A stretch of 64,000 bases of DNA from Giardia intestinalis (taxonomy: Eukaryota): the NCBI GenBank assembly GCA_000002435.2, contig CM018792.1; one strand, given 5' to 3'. Every line of letters begins with the position of its first letter. The first letter of the stretch is position 1. A program made the position numbers and the translations under genes. This document shows positions 28,176 through 37,700 of the stretch, one piece after another. Below the pieces are notes generated by a model that saw nothing but the letters and a program-made list of their open reading frames with translations, did no database searches and had not been told where the DNA came from.

Positions 28176-29180
28176 ATGTTTCCGTTTATCCCAAAGGTTA
28201 CTGTGCTTGGATGCATATCTGGAAAGCCTACTGCAAATGGTGGAACATGTGGCATCCTGGTGGAATATTCCCCTAAGCACTACCTCATTTACGACTGTCC
28301 GGAAGGCACTTATGTCAAGCTCCTTCAGTACAACATTCTGCTGAGTTGCCTCCACTATGTTGTGATATCGCATATGCACCCCGATCATATGGCAGGGCTC
28401 CTAACCCTAATTTCTGGGCTCTCAGAGATATGTGGAGGCAGCCTTCCTTCGATCTACGGCCCCCAAGCTCTCGTCAAATATTTGGAGGTGGCTCTTCCAC
28501 TTACTGACCTTGCAGAAAGGTTTTCGCGTCCCCTAAAGCTTATTCCCATTGCTCCATTTCAGACGTTATCGAGCGTCATCACTGCAGATGGACCTTGGTC
28601 ATTTATTTTCTTTCCGCTTGCACACAGAATTGAGTGCCATGGATTGGCTATGGTGAGAGACACGTTTTCCGTGTTTGATACGAAGAAAGCTTTGGACTCA
28701 GGTGTTCCTCTGGACAAGCTTCCGGAGCTCAAGAAGACAACTGAGGGAATAAAGTTTTCTACGGTGTGTCCTCGTTTGAAGATTATCCTCTGCAGTGATA
28801 ACGACGCCAAGAGACTCCTTGCCGACCGTGCATACGGAGGCATCGACGGGGCTACGTTTCTTCAATTCATAGACCGGACTGATCTTCGAAACCCAGACCT
28901 TCTCCTCCATGAATTTACATTTACCAATTATCATCAGGAAAAGGCGTCGTTGTATGGACATAGTTGCACTACCGCAGTCGGGGATCTGTGCAATGAGTTA
29001 CGCCCAAAACGCGTTCTACTCAACCACTTCAGTGTTCGCTACAAAAGAACGGCCTGCTCAAATAGGTTTGGCGTAGCGCCCCCCAAAGAGTGCGTCCAGC
29101 TCACTGAGTGGCATAGACTTTTCGGCAAGGTTTATAGCACGGCCTATGCAACCGAGGATAAAGTATATCCCATCGAATGA
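28176..29180 (+). CDS. Metallo-beta-lactamase-fold ribonuclease Z (tRNA 3'-processing endonuclease, short ELAC1-like form), 334 aa.
   Basis: N-terminal VLGCISGKPT...GGTCGILVEY...LIYDCPEGTYVKLLQ matches the tRNase Z pattern LGTG..P...R..S / DCGEGTQ.Q. The His motif is VISHMHPDHMAGL (HxHxDH). The C-terminus has further His/Asp residues (LLHEFTF..., LNHFSVRY). Confidence 0.85.
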   Translation: MFPFIPKVTVLGCISGKPTANGGTCGILVEYSPKHYLIYDCPEGTYVKLLQYNILLSCLHYVVISHMHPDHMAGLLTLISGLSEICGGSLPSIYGPQALVKYLEVALPLTDLAERFSRPLKLIPIAPFQTLSSVITADGPWSFIFFPLAHRIECHGLAMVRDTFSVFDTKKALDSGVPLDKLPELKKTTEGIKFSTVCPRLKIILCSDNDAKRLLADRAYGGIDGATFLQFIDRTDLRNPDLLLHEFTFTNYHQEKASLYGHSCTTAVGDLCNELRPKRVLLNHFSVRYKRTACSNRFGVAPPKECVQLTEWHRLFGKVYSTAYATEDKVYPIE

Positions 29181-29337
29181 CATTCGTGGAGATTAAATGT
29201 TACTGGCTTAGCTTTAAGGCCTTCACAAAGATCACTAGTCAGTTGCGACCTGGGTATATTGGAGTTGCTAGAGTGGCTTAAAACTTGTGGTCAAAATTAA
29301 TTCCAACATTTTCGCCTCTTGTGGTTTAAATAGGCTA

Positions 29338-32300
29338 ATGCTGATACTGTCATGGTTGTTGCCATGCCTCCTCACGGTATCTGTCAGCACAGAAATGGAG
29401 CTTAGGAAGGCCTTAAGCAACGGAAGAGACGTCACACTAAACGATGACATAACTCTCAAACTGCCGTGGATGCCTGTTCCTGCATATGGAAAAGTGTTCG
29501 ATGGCAAGGGTCACACTATCCGAAACATCTCAGTGAGCTCGACTGTCCCAGCCAGCCAGGGATCAGGGCTTTTTTCTGAATTGACTGGAGGAAGTATTTC
29601 CAATCTAAATTTGCAATTCAATACAACAATTGATAGTGGATTGATACTTTTTGGTGGCGTGTCAGCAAAGGCTTCGGACAAGGCCAGGGTTACAAACGTC
29701 AATGTCAGTGGAACGGTCTCGATTAAATCACACGCCGATGGAAACGTGACTGTTGGTTGTATCTTCGGAACAGCCGGAGACACTGGAACTCGAGAGCCTT
29801 CTGACGCAGTCCGATCAGACTGCATCGTCACTGTTAATGCTTCTAACGCGAATCTCAGGCTCGGCGGATTCATCGGAATTCTGGAGAACACTGCAGTGGC
29901 CATGCACTACACCGGGAAGCCGCGCGTAGGCTGTCATGCAAAGCGGTGCTACGTCGGAGGCTTCGCATCGATGGCAACAGGGCCTATTCAAGATGTCCAC
30001 TTTACAGATTCGGTTGTCAACGCCACTGCCCTTCGACACTCGATTGTGGGAGGTATTGTAGGCCATGGCAATAACATTCAGCTCTGCAGCTCATACAACT
30101 CGACCATCAGTGTCACCTCTACTGGCCGTGTCCTTGCTGGTGTGTCTGTCGGAGGGGCAGTCGGCGAAACTAATGCCGAAAACTATGTGATCAACACGAC
30201 ATTTGTTAAGGCATCAATGATTGTTCTGGAGACACGCTCCTCATCCTATCTCGGGGGTGTTCTGGGATATGGCAAGCATAGGGGTGGAACCATGACGAAT
30301 AGCTACGCTGTTGTTCAATCGCTGCGAGGGTATAATAATGGTGGCCATATGTACGGTGGAGGATTTCTGGGCTACGGTAATGCGTCTTCTCTTACCCTTT
30401 CTACGTGTTACATGTTCGTTCCAGAGTTTCAATTCTTCGAGAAGCCCGGGGCCGGTGGGCAGTCATATTACGGGGGATTCTTTGGACTTATCAACGGGTC
30501 ATCGTCAGACACACCATCAGTTCACAGCATTCAGGCTGGGATGGGCAAGTTTGAGGTACGGATGGTTGCGCAGGGGACCAACGCTGGAAACTTCGGAGGC
30601 GCGATAGAAGCAGCTCGTGAAACGCTTATTGAGCGCATAGTGCTTATGGGAGCCGCAGGTATCTGGTCTGGCGAAGCTCCGGAAAATGCAGCGATCTTCA
30701 TCGGCAAGGTTGGTCCAGGGATAAACCTTAAAACAATCTTGGTCAATATTTCCATCGGTAACGGAAACAATCTACCCAATACCGCAAACTTTGTCAACAC
30801 ATTCACTGGTACAGCGACAGACATTGTCTACAATTCTGGCATTGTAAAGACGTCGCAATTTATGCCTGCCTCAGGGACATATCAGAACTTTAATATACGT
30901 GTCAATACAACCACTCAAGTCTCCTGCGAAAACTACCTCCAAAAACACGGACTCGACAGCAGCAAAGTTAATTGTGCGGATGACTTATATCTAAATAAAA
31001 CCACTTCAAGCGCTCAGATCAATACCGATTGGAAGTTTGAAACTGTCGACAACTGGGAACATGATCCAAAGGGATGGTACTTGCCCAAGGGAATGCCGGT
31101 CGCCAACTCAGCAATTAACAACCCGGCCCTCTTTATGACTATATACCTTGATGCTAAGGGGAAAACAGGCCTTTCATGGCAGAACAGTGGATGGGATAAT
31201 GAAACTATATGGCGCTTTGGAAACACTAATGAAGCCGATACTACGAAGGCAATCCCACCCTCTTTTCCTGCCCTTTGGAAGAATCCCGAATCGTTCCTAG
31301 CGTGCACCCCTCAAAGCTGTGGGCGTGAAAGCTTCTTTAGCCCATTCATGTGCAATTGTCTGCACGGCTGTCCTGACCTAAAGAACGGACAGTGCAGTTC
31401 ATACAATGGCGCGACGTGTGACGAGGGCTGGAAAAATGTTGGGACTTCTTTATGTTCTGGTTTCAGTTGCGCAGGTAAGGATCAGCTGTGCGGAGGTAGT
31501 CAGGTAGCTGAGTGTGATGCTGGCAGCAGCCTGTGCAAGTGCAAGGAGCATGAAAAATACTACAACATCTCCACAAAGACCTGCGAAATGGGATGCCAAG
31601 GCATTGGCCACGGGTTTTGCACAGGCCCTGGTGTGGCAATGTGTGACAAAGGGTGGAAAGATGGTGAAGCCGGTCTTTGCACCGTGTACAGTTGTTCTTC
31701 AGATGATCCCACAACGGCATGTGGGGGCTCCTCAGTTGCTAAATGTATTACTGCATACGATGTTTGTAATTGCACAGTTCAGACCTCAGCCTATAATCCT
31801 GAGAATAAGCAATGTGAGCCTAATAAGTGTACTATAGCTAGCGGGGATCACATTTGCATCGGAGAAAACAAGGCCATTTGCATGTCCAATACTTGGCCAA
31901 CCAGTGGAACGTCTGGCGAAACACTCTGCGCACACTATGACTGTATGAGGCACCAGCAGTGTGCCGCTGGAAGTGTTTGTGATATTGATACGTTTGCTTG
32001 TAGATGCGCTAATCCAACACATTACTTCGACACCGCCGACAATACTTGTAAAGATGGCTGTACTGGCCTCAATGCGCATACCGGAGTATGCATAGGATCT
32101 AACAAGGCTCTCTGTTATAAGGGTTACACATCACCAAGTAGTGGAGGACCCCTCTGCTCACAATATTCATGCGCTGATGCAGATCCCACCTGTGGAGGCC
32201 ATGGAACGTGTAATAGTGGGACATGCACTTGCAACGAGGGAACACTGAAGTTGAACAACACATGCTACGCAAATATCTGCATCCGAGGAACAGTCTCAAA

Positions 32301-34755
32301 TCAGAATGCATGCACTTGCACCAGTGGTTGGCAGGATGATACTGATCTCGCTCCGCTGAAATGTACCAAGCCGTCTACCTGCCCTGACTCTATAAATATT
32401 AACTCAGACGCCGACCTTATTTACTTATATTCGTGTGGAAGCGCTACGTACAATCTTCTTGGGAACGTTACCGTCAGTTATCCATGGCTACCGGTTCCTT
32501 CGTTCACAGGAGTGTTCAATGGCAATGGCTACGCACTTAAGGGAGTCAGGCTTTATGAGAACGATACCGTTGCAGCCCTATATAAAACCATCGACGAGAA
32601 TGCCAATATCACTAATCTCATTGTAGAATTCGCGACCAACATTTCTTCTAGTACTATCAAGAAGATTGCTGGCATAACCCCGGATCTCAATGGTAAGGTC
32701 TTGGCGAATGTCACAGCAGCGGGGTCTATATCTGTTAAAGTAGGTGCTATTGAGGTTGATGTCGGAGGCTTAGCAGACACGTGCATGGGTCTTGGAAACG
32801 TGACGTTTTCGGGATATCTTGCCGTAGATAGCCATGCTGCCGTCCGTGTGGGTGCTTTGTGTGCTTCTGCGTCGTCTCCCCTTTCTGATCTAGCAACGAG
32901 TGGGTCCATAAGCTGCACATCTCGTGGGCGCTGCTTGGTCGGTGGGCTTGTTAGCAATACCACCCACAATATTAGCTCATCATCATCCAATATAAGCATA
33001 ACTGTTTCCTCCATCAACGGACTGGTTGGCGGAGTAGTGAGCAACACAACCGGAAACCTGACTAACCTCACATTCACGGGGATAGTGTCATCTCCATTAG
33101 ACAGCACTGCTACTGTTGGAGGTATTGTCGGGGTAGCAAAACCACAGTCCTCTCAGTCGCTTACTATCAAAGGGTGCAGTGTAGTATCTAAAGCTGTATC
33201 AGCCTCATCGGCTGGAGGTCTAGTGGGGGCCATTGAGGACGGAGTAATAGAGGAGTCTTCTGTGACGCTAACGGCTCTTGAGGGGAGCATCTGTGCAGGT
33301 GGTCTTGTATGCAATGCTACTCATACCACCATCGCCAAGTCAAATAGTAATATAAACGCACTCAGGTTTACTGCTAGCTATACTGAAGAATCAGCAAAAC
33401 AATATTGTGGTGGTTTCGTAGCGAGCGCGACTGAGACAACTATTGAAGACAGCTACTCCATTGTCACTGCAAGCACCGTCAAGACCAGCAGCGAGGCTTT
33501 TGTCGGAGGTTTTGCAGGAAGCACGGATGGGCTTACTGTCAAACGCTCATACGCATCAGGTGATTCAGTTAATCTAGCACCCGACAATATTCTGCACTTT
33601 GGTGGCTTTGTAGGGTCATGCATCTGCAATATAGACTCTTCCTTTAGTAAGATTACTCTGATGGCTCTCAACAAGAGAAAAATCAACAATGCACACTTCG
33701 GTGGATTTGTGGGTATTATTAAGAGAAATTCAGCAAGTGACGGGCGGACAGCCTCAGCTTCTCCCCAAATAAGCAACTCATGGGTCTCGTCTAGCATGTC
33801 TGTTCTTCTTTCAAGTCCTGAAGCAAGCAGGGTCTTCTACGGAGGATTCTCGGGAGAAGCAGATGCCTCTACGATAACTGATTCATATACTAGATCCAAC
33901 CTTTCTGTGAACAATGACATAAATCTCTATCACACAGGGTTCGGGGCATTCAATGGACGCTTCAATGAACTAGAAACGAATATAACGCGCTGCTATGCAG
34001 ATGTAGGAATAGACGGTGCAACAGATCTGAACTTTGAGGGGAACAGTGCTTATGGAAAGAAGTGTGCTAAGTGCACTAAAGTATTGATCAATAGTGACCA
34101 GCCTGGAATTAGTGATGAAAATGCTTGTGGAAGGACCGCTGCGGAATTACAGAAAAGCGAGACGATTATGAAGGAATTCGGGTCTACTGATGCATTTGCA
34201 TTCGAGTCTGGACGTATGCCTATGATTGTCACCACTCCCAACCTTGATTCTGTAACGCATACTTACGTCTATCCTAGCTGCAATCCGTCCACACAGGGTA
34301 ACTGCTGGGATTACAAGAACACCTGGATAGTTTCTCCGGACGGAATAGGGTCTGTAGCTACGGCACCTGACTGCAAGGTGAGTAGTTGCACTTACTGCGA
34401 CGCTAGAGACTCAGGCATCTGTAGGATATGCGCCTCACGAACATTCCTTGACAGCCGTAAGACCTGCAGCGCATGCAGCAGTAGTTGTGCCGAATGCGCG
34501 ACAAAGGAATCATTCTGCACTGCTTGCAAGAGAAGTGGAGCAATGCCGAATGTGGACGGAGTGTGCATTATGCCCAGGCTCTCAAGCGCCGCCATCGCCG
34601 GTATCTCCATCGTTGTTATTTTGGTGATCAGCGGAGTTGTTGGCTTCCTTTGTTGGTGGTTCATATGCAGATCCAAGAGCAGGCCTACTGAAAATCCTGT
34701 TCATACTCTCGAGCCCTCTGTGAGCACGGTAAGTATCAACGAATCCATACTCTGA
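29338..34755 (+). CDS. HCMP: High-cysteine membrane protein (HCMP; VSP-like, EGF-like Cys-module-rich type I membrane protein), ~1806 aa.
   Basis: The ORF-track start at 29287 is GTG. The first ATG is at 29338 and gives the signal peptide MLILSWLLPCLLTVSVS. The protein has a large Gly/Ser/Thr-rich N-terminal region, then many CxxC/Cx(n)C modules (for example CDEGWKNVGTSLCSGFSCAG and CTCNEG). A C-terminal TM helix ...AGISIVVILVISGVVGFLCWWFICRSKS is followed by a ~30-aa cytoplasmic tail. Confidence 0.85.
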   Translation: MLILSWLLPCLLTVSVSTEMELRKALSNGRDVTLNDDITLKLPWMPVPAYGKVFDGKGHTIRNISVSSTVPASQGSGLFSELTGGSISNLNLQFNTTIDSGLILFGGVSAKASDKARVTNVNVSGTVSIKSHADGNVTVGCIFGTAGDTGTREPSDAVRSDCIVTVNASNANLRLGGFIGILENTAVAMHYTGKPRVGCHAKRCYVGGFASMATGPIQDVHFTDSVVNATALRHSIVGGIVGHGNNIQLCSSYNSTISVTSTGRVLAGVSVGGAVGETNAENYVINTTFVKASMIVLETRSSSYLGGVLGYGKHRGGTMTNSYAVVQSLRGYNNGGHMYGGGFLGYGNASSLTLSTCYMFVPEFQFFEKPGAGGQSYYGGFFGLINGSSSDTPSVHSIQAGMGKFEVRMVAQGTNAGNFGGAIEAARETLIERIVLMGAAGIWSGEAPENAAIFIGKVGPGINLKTILVNISIGNGNNLPNTANFVNTFTGTATDIVYNSGIVKTSQFMPASGTYQNFNIRVNTTTQVSCENYLQKHGLDSSKVNCADDLYLNKTTSSAQINTDWKFETVDNWEHDPKGWYLPKGMPVANSAINNPALFMTIYLDAKGKTGLSWQNSGWDNETIWRFGNTNEADTTKAIPPSFPALWKNPESFLACTPQSCGRESFFSPFMCNCLHGCPDLKNGQCSSYNGATCDEGWKNVGTSLCSGFSCAGKDQLCGGSQVAECDAGSSLCKCKEHEKYYNISTKTCEMGCQGIGHGFCTGPGVAMCDKGWKDGEAGLCTVYSCSSDDPTTACGGSSVAKCITAYDVCNCTVQTSAYNPENKQCEPNKCTIASGDHICIGENKAICMSNTWPTSGTSGETLCAHYDCMRHQQCAAGSVCDIDTFACRCANPTHYFDTADNTCKDGCTGLNAHTGVCIGSNKALCYKGYTSPSSGGPLCSQYSCADADPTCGGHGTCNSGTCTCNEGTLKLNNTCYANICIRGTVSNQNACTCTSGWQDDTDLAPLKCTKPSTCPDSININSDADLIYLYSCGSATYNLLGNVTVSYPWLPVPSFTGVFNGNGYALKGVRLYENDTVAALYKTIDENANITNLIVEFATNISSSTIKKIAGITPDLNGKVLANVTAAGSISVKVGAIEVDVGGLADTCMGLGNVTFSGYLAVDSHAAVRVGALCASASSPLSDLATSGSISCTSRGRCLVGGLVSNTTHNISSSSSNISITVSSINGLVGGVVSNTTGNLTNLTFTGIVSSPLDSTATVGGIVGVAKPQSSQSLTIKGCSVVSKAVSASSAGGLVGAIEDGVIEESSVTLTALEGSICAGGLVCNATHTTIAKSNSNINALRFTASYTEESAKQYCGGFVASATETTIEDSYSIVTASTVKTSSEAFVGGFAGSTDGLTVKRSYASGDSVNLAPDNILHFGGFVGSCICNIDSSFSKITLMALNKRKINNAHFGGFVGIIKRNSASDGRTASASPQISNSWVSSSMSVLLSSPEASRVFYGGFSGEADASTITDSYTRSNLSVNNDINLYHTGFGAFNGRFNELETNITRCYADVGIDGATDLNFEGNSAYGKKCAKCTKVLINSDQPGISDENACGRTAAELQKSETIMKEFGSTDAFAFESGRMPMIVTTPNLDSVTHTYVYPSCNPSTQGNCWDYKNTWIVSPDGIGSVATAPDCKVSSCTYCDARDSGICRICASRTFLDSRKTCSACSSSCAECATKESFCTACKRSGAMPNVDGVCIMPRLSSAAIAGISIVVILVISGVVGFLCWWFICRSKSRPTENPVHTLEPSVSTVSINESIL

Positions 34756-34781
34756 TGGTGACGTAAACAATCGCTTGTCCT

Positions 34782-37700
34782 CTACACATCTGCTATGTTG
34801 ATTACTGGAGGATCCTCGACTGAAGCATCCTCACTTTGAGGGAGCAGTAGCCATGAAAGTGGTATGTATCCTACTTGGATAGAAATGGAAATATAGCCTG
34901 CAGGTGGCTGTATTGTGGACAGTGGACAGGCTTCAGGAAGTGCAACTGCCGTAATATATGCGCTAATAGTGTGGACATATCCTTGCTCTTGCTCTGCTGT
35001 AGCCGAGACAAGAGATTGGATGGAGGAGTCATAAGTGCCTGCGGAAAACACTAGATTAGTAAGTTGCAGACAAATGGGAAAACGATATAGTTCAGTGCAG
35101 CTTCTATGTGCATCGGTATCTGCAAAGGTAAGAACTCCAGAGCTAGTTAGATAAAGCCTCCCGGGCGGGTCGTTGAGAAAAGCGAGGAAACAGACTCTTT
35201 CAGCGGGAACATTCCTATGCAATGCTAGCGACAATTGTAGGATTGATAGTAAGGTTTGTAAGCCATTTTCTTTCTGGACCGAAGAGACCTTCCAAGCCCC
35301 TTCCTCAATCTTACATGCAGGGTCTAGTAGCATCTGGATAAGGGAAGACTGGACAGAACAGACGGGAATATCTCTGCATGAAAGCGAATGCAACATGGAG
35401 TTCTTTGTCGTATTCACGTGCCCATTAAGGATGCTTCGAAACTCTGCTAACTCGCCATACGAGGGGCCTCTCATTGAAGATGGCTCCTCGTTGGCAAGCA
35501 AAGTCTTCAATACGCGATCGAAAATAGACACTATCTTAGAACCTGTCAAGCACTTAATTGGGGCATGAGATGGTAGCTCGAGTGTAAGTAGTGGAGAGAT
35601 AACGCTCTCTATAAGCCTATCTGGAGATATTAGTGCCATGATATCCTTAAGAAGACGAGGGGTATTTTCTGAATCAAGTTTCCCGTCAGTGCCATGGTTT
35701 GCGTTAGAACCTCTCCACTGCTCTTGTGAACATAGCCCCTCTACAACGACTGTATTGGAACTGATAGGGTCTTTTTCCTTCTCCGCCAAACGAAGACTAC
35801 TTTTTCTCCATTTATACTGTACTTGAGACCGACACACTCTGGTCGCAAGCACCTGTTTGCTTCCATGTAGTGGGAGGCTCCCTTTGATGCCCAGAACCTT
35901 GAGCACTATGTAGTATTCAAAGCAGCTTTGTACTGCACATCTGGCTCTATCATTCATGAAGTAGCGCGGATCTCCTGAGCAGAGAAATAAAAACCTATTA
36001 AGACTCCGGGTGAATAGTAGCGCGGGACAAGGGGCTTGATCTGCACCGTGTTGTGCAGTGAATAAGAAGTCAAGATATCGGAGAATCCCCGGTCCAGATT
36101 CGATACCGAGCTGTAGTGTTCTATGGGTGCACGTGTGAAGCAATCCTACAACTAGTAGGTCGAGTTGATGGATTGTCGGTGCTCTGCGGGTCTCTGTTTG
36201 TAAAAAATAATGTGTCAAAGCAGCTTTGTAAAGATCTGATGGCACGGATGGCTGTTTGTATCTAACAATTATGGGTCTGCTTAGATATAATAATTGCTCT
36301 AGTATGTGGCTCAGCCTTGCTCCCATTGCGTCAATTGCCCGGTTAACGGTATGTTGTGGAATGATCAGCCAAACGGGGAATGCTGGCATACCAGTTGTAT
36401 TAAAGTACTGGTGCATGTTAATAAGGCATAAGAGGTTCTCTAATTCGTCAGCTAAGCATGCAGGACTGGATAGTAAACACACTGTAGAATGCCGATGGAA
36501 GTCTGTCCACGACGATGGAAACTGGTAAACAATTGGTACATCCCCAAATGAGTATTGTGTCACATCGCCATAACCACGCCGATCCAGAGCAAATAGTTCG
36601 TCTAAGGAAAACATCTCTCCCTCAGAGAACACTATGGTCAAAGGGAAGTAGCACCTGCAGTGCTCAACTACCTCCTCAATAGCTTCTACTGAAGAACCAC
36701 AAGCATGCGCATCGCAAACTAAGGATGAGACTTGTTGATTGGTGAGATTGTTAGACACTGGTGTCAGCTCGTGACGCTTTGAGACCAGAGTTAGGGTAGA
36801 GTCTATCATGGCATGAGCTGCCCGGAGTAGCGAAACGACTGAGTCACAAATGCACGTTTCTGGAAGCGCTTTGCCTTTCTCATCCACTTGGAGAAAGCCT
36901 GCAGGAAAGGCACAATGCTTCTCTTCATGCGACATGACTGGTAGCCTTGGCCTTTGAGGTTGCTCCGATACGAAGATAGAGGGTTTGTTCGACAGGTTAG
37001 GACCGTGTCCCAATGGAGATGTATATTGTCCCCAAATCTGGAGCAGTAGCGTAGATGCAATTGTAAATGATTCTGGACGCAGTAAAACAGAAAGAAGGAA
37101 GGCGAGATACATACCTTTCATGGTCGGTTTCTGAAATAGTAAGGGCACATAGGTTAAATTTAGGTGCTTCCTGTCCTTTTCTAGTTCTGCGTCCATCAAG
37201 GAAGCAATGCAGTGCTCCAAGTCAGCGCATCGCTTTGCGGCTACAGAAGGGTCTCTATCTAAGAGATGCTCTAGTGAGCTCCTTGCACCGACATCTAATA
37301 GGTACAAAGACACAAGTGTCACTAGTAGACAAGAATACTGAGAGCACACCAAGATTGCAGCTGGATTTTCAGCCAAATACGATAGAAGGTCAACGGAGTC
37401 CTCGCTAAATCGTGAAATAACTACACAAGAAAGGAAGAGTTGCTTAGCTTCCTTCGTAATAGAAAACTGTGAGGGTACAATTTTGTCTAAAGCGTAGTTA
37501 ATACTGGGGTCTGGTAGAGTAGTTGAATGAGACGGCAATGGTGGTGACAGCAGGCAGGTATGGATAAAAGAAGCCATCTCCTCAAGAGACTGAGGACACA
37601 AGCATGTCAGCAACTTGATGTCGATATCATGTGTCTGCTGCGATCCGAAATGAGGCTGTGCGTCCATCAGTAAGCGCAAATCGTTGTGCAAAATAGCCAC

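Noticed and set aside
34782-35000. HECT-like ending of the giant protein (…ALPEACPLSTIQPPAGY… about 47 aa from the C-terminus), tempting given the adjacent Rad6 E2
   Set aside because: The spacing to the C-terminus is wrong for a HECT catalytic Cys. No HECT N-lobe motifs (Gly-rich E2-binding region) are visible upstream, so the resemblance is probably chance.
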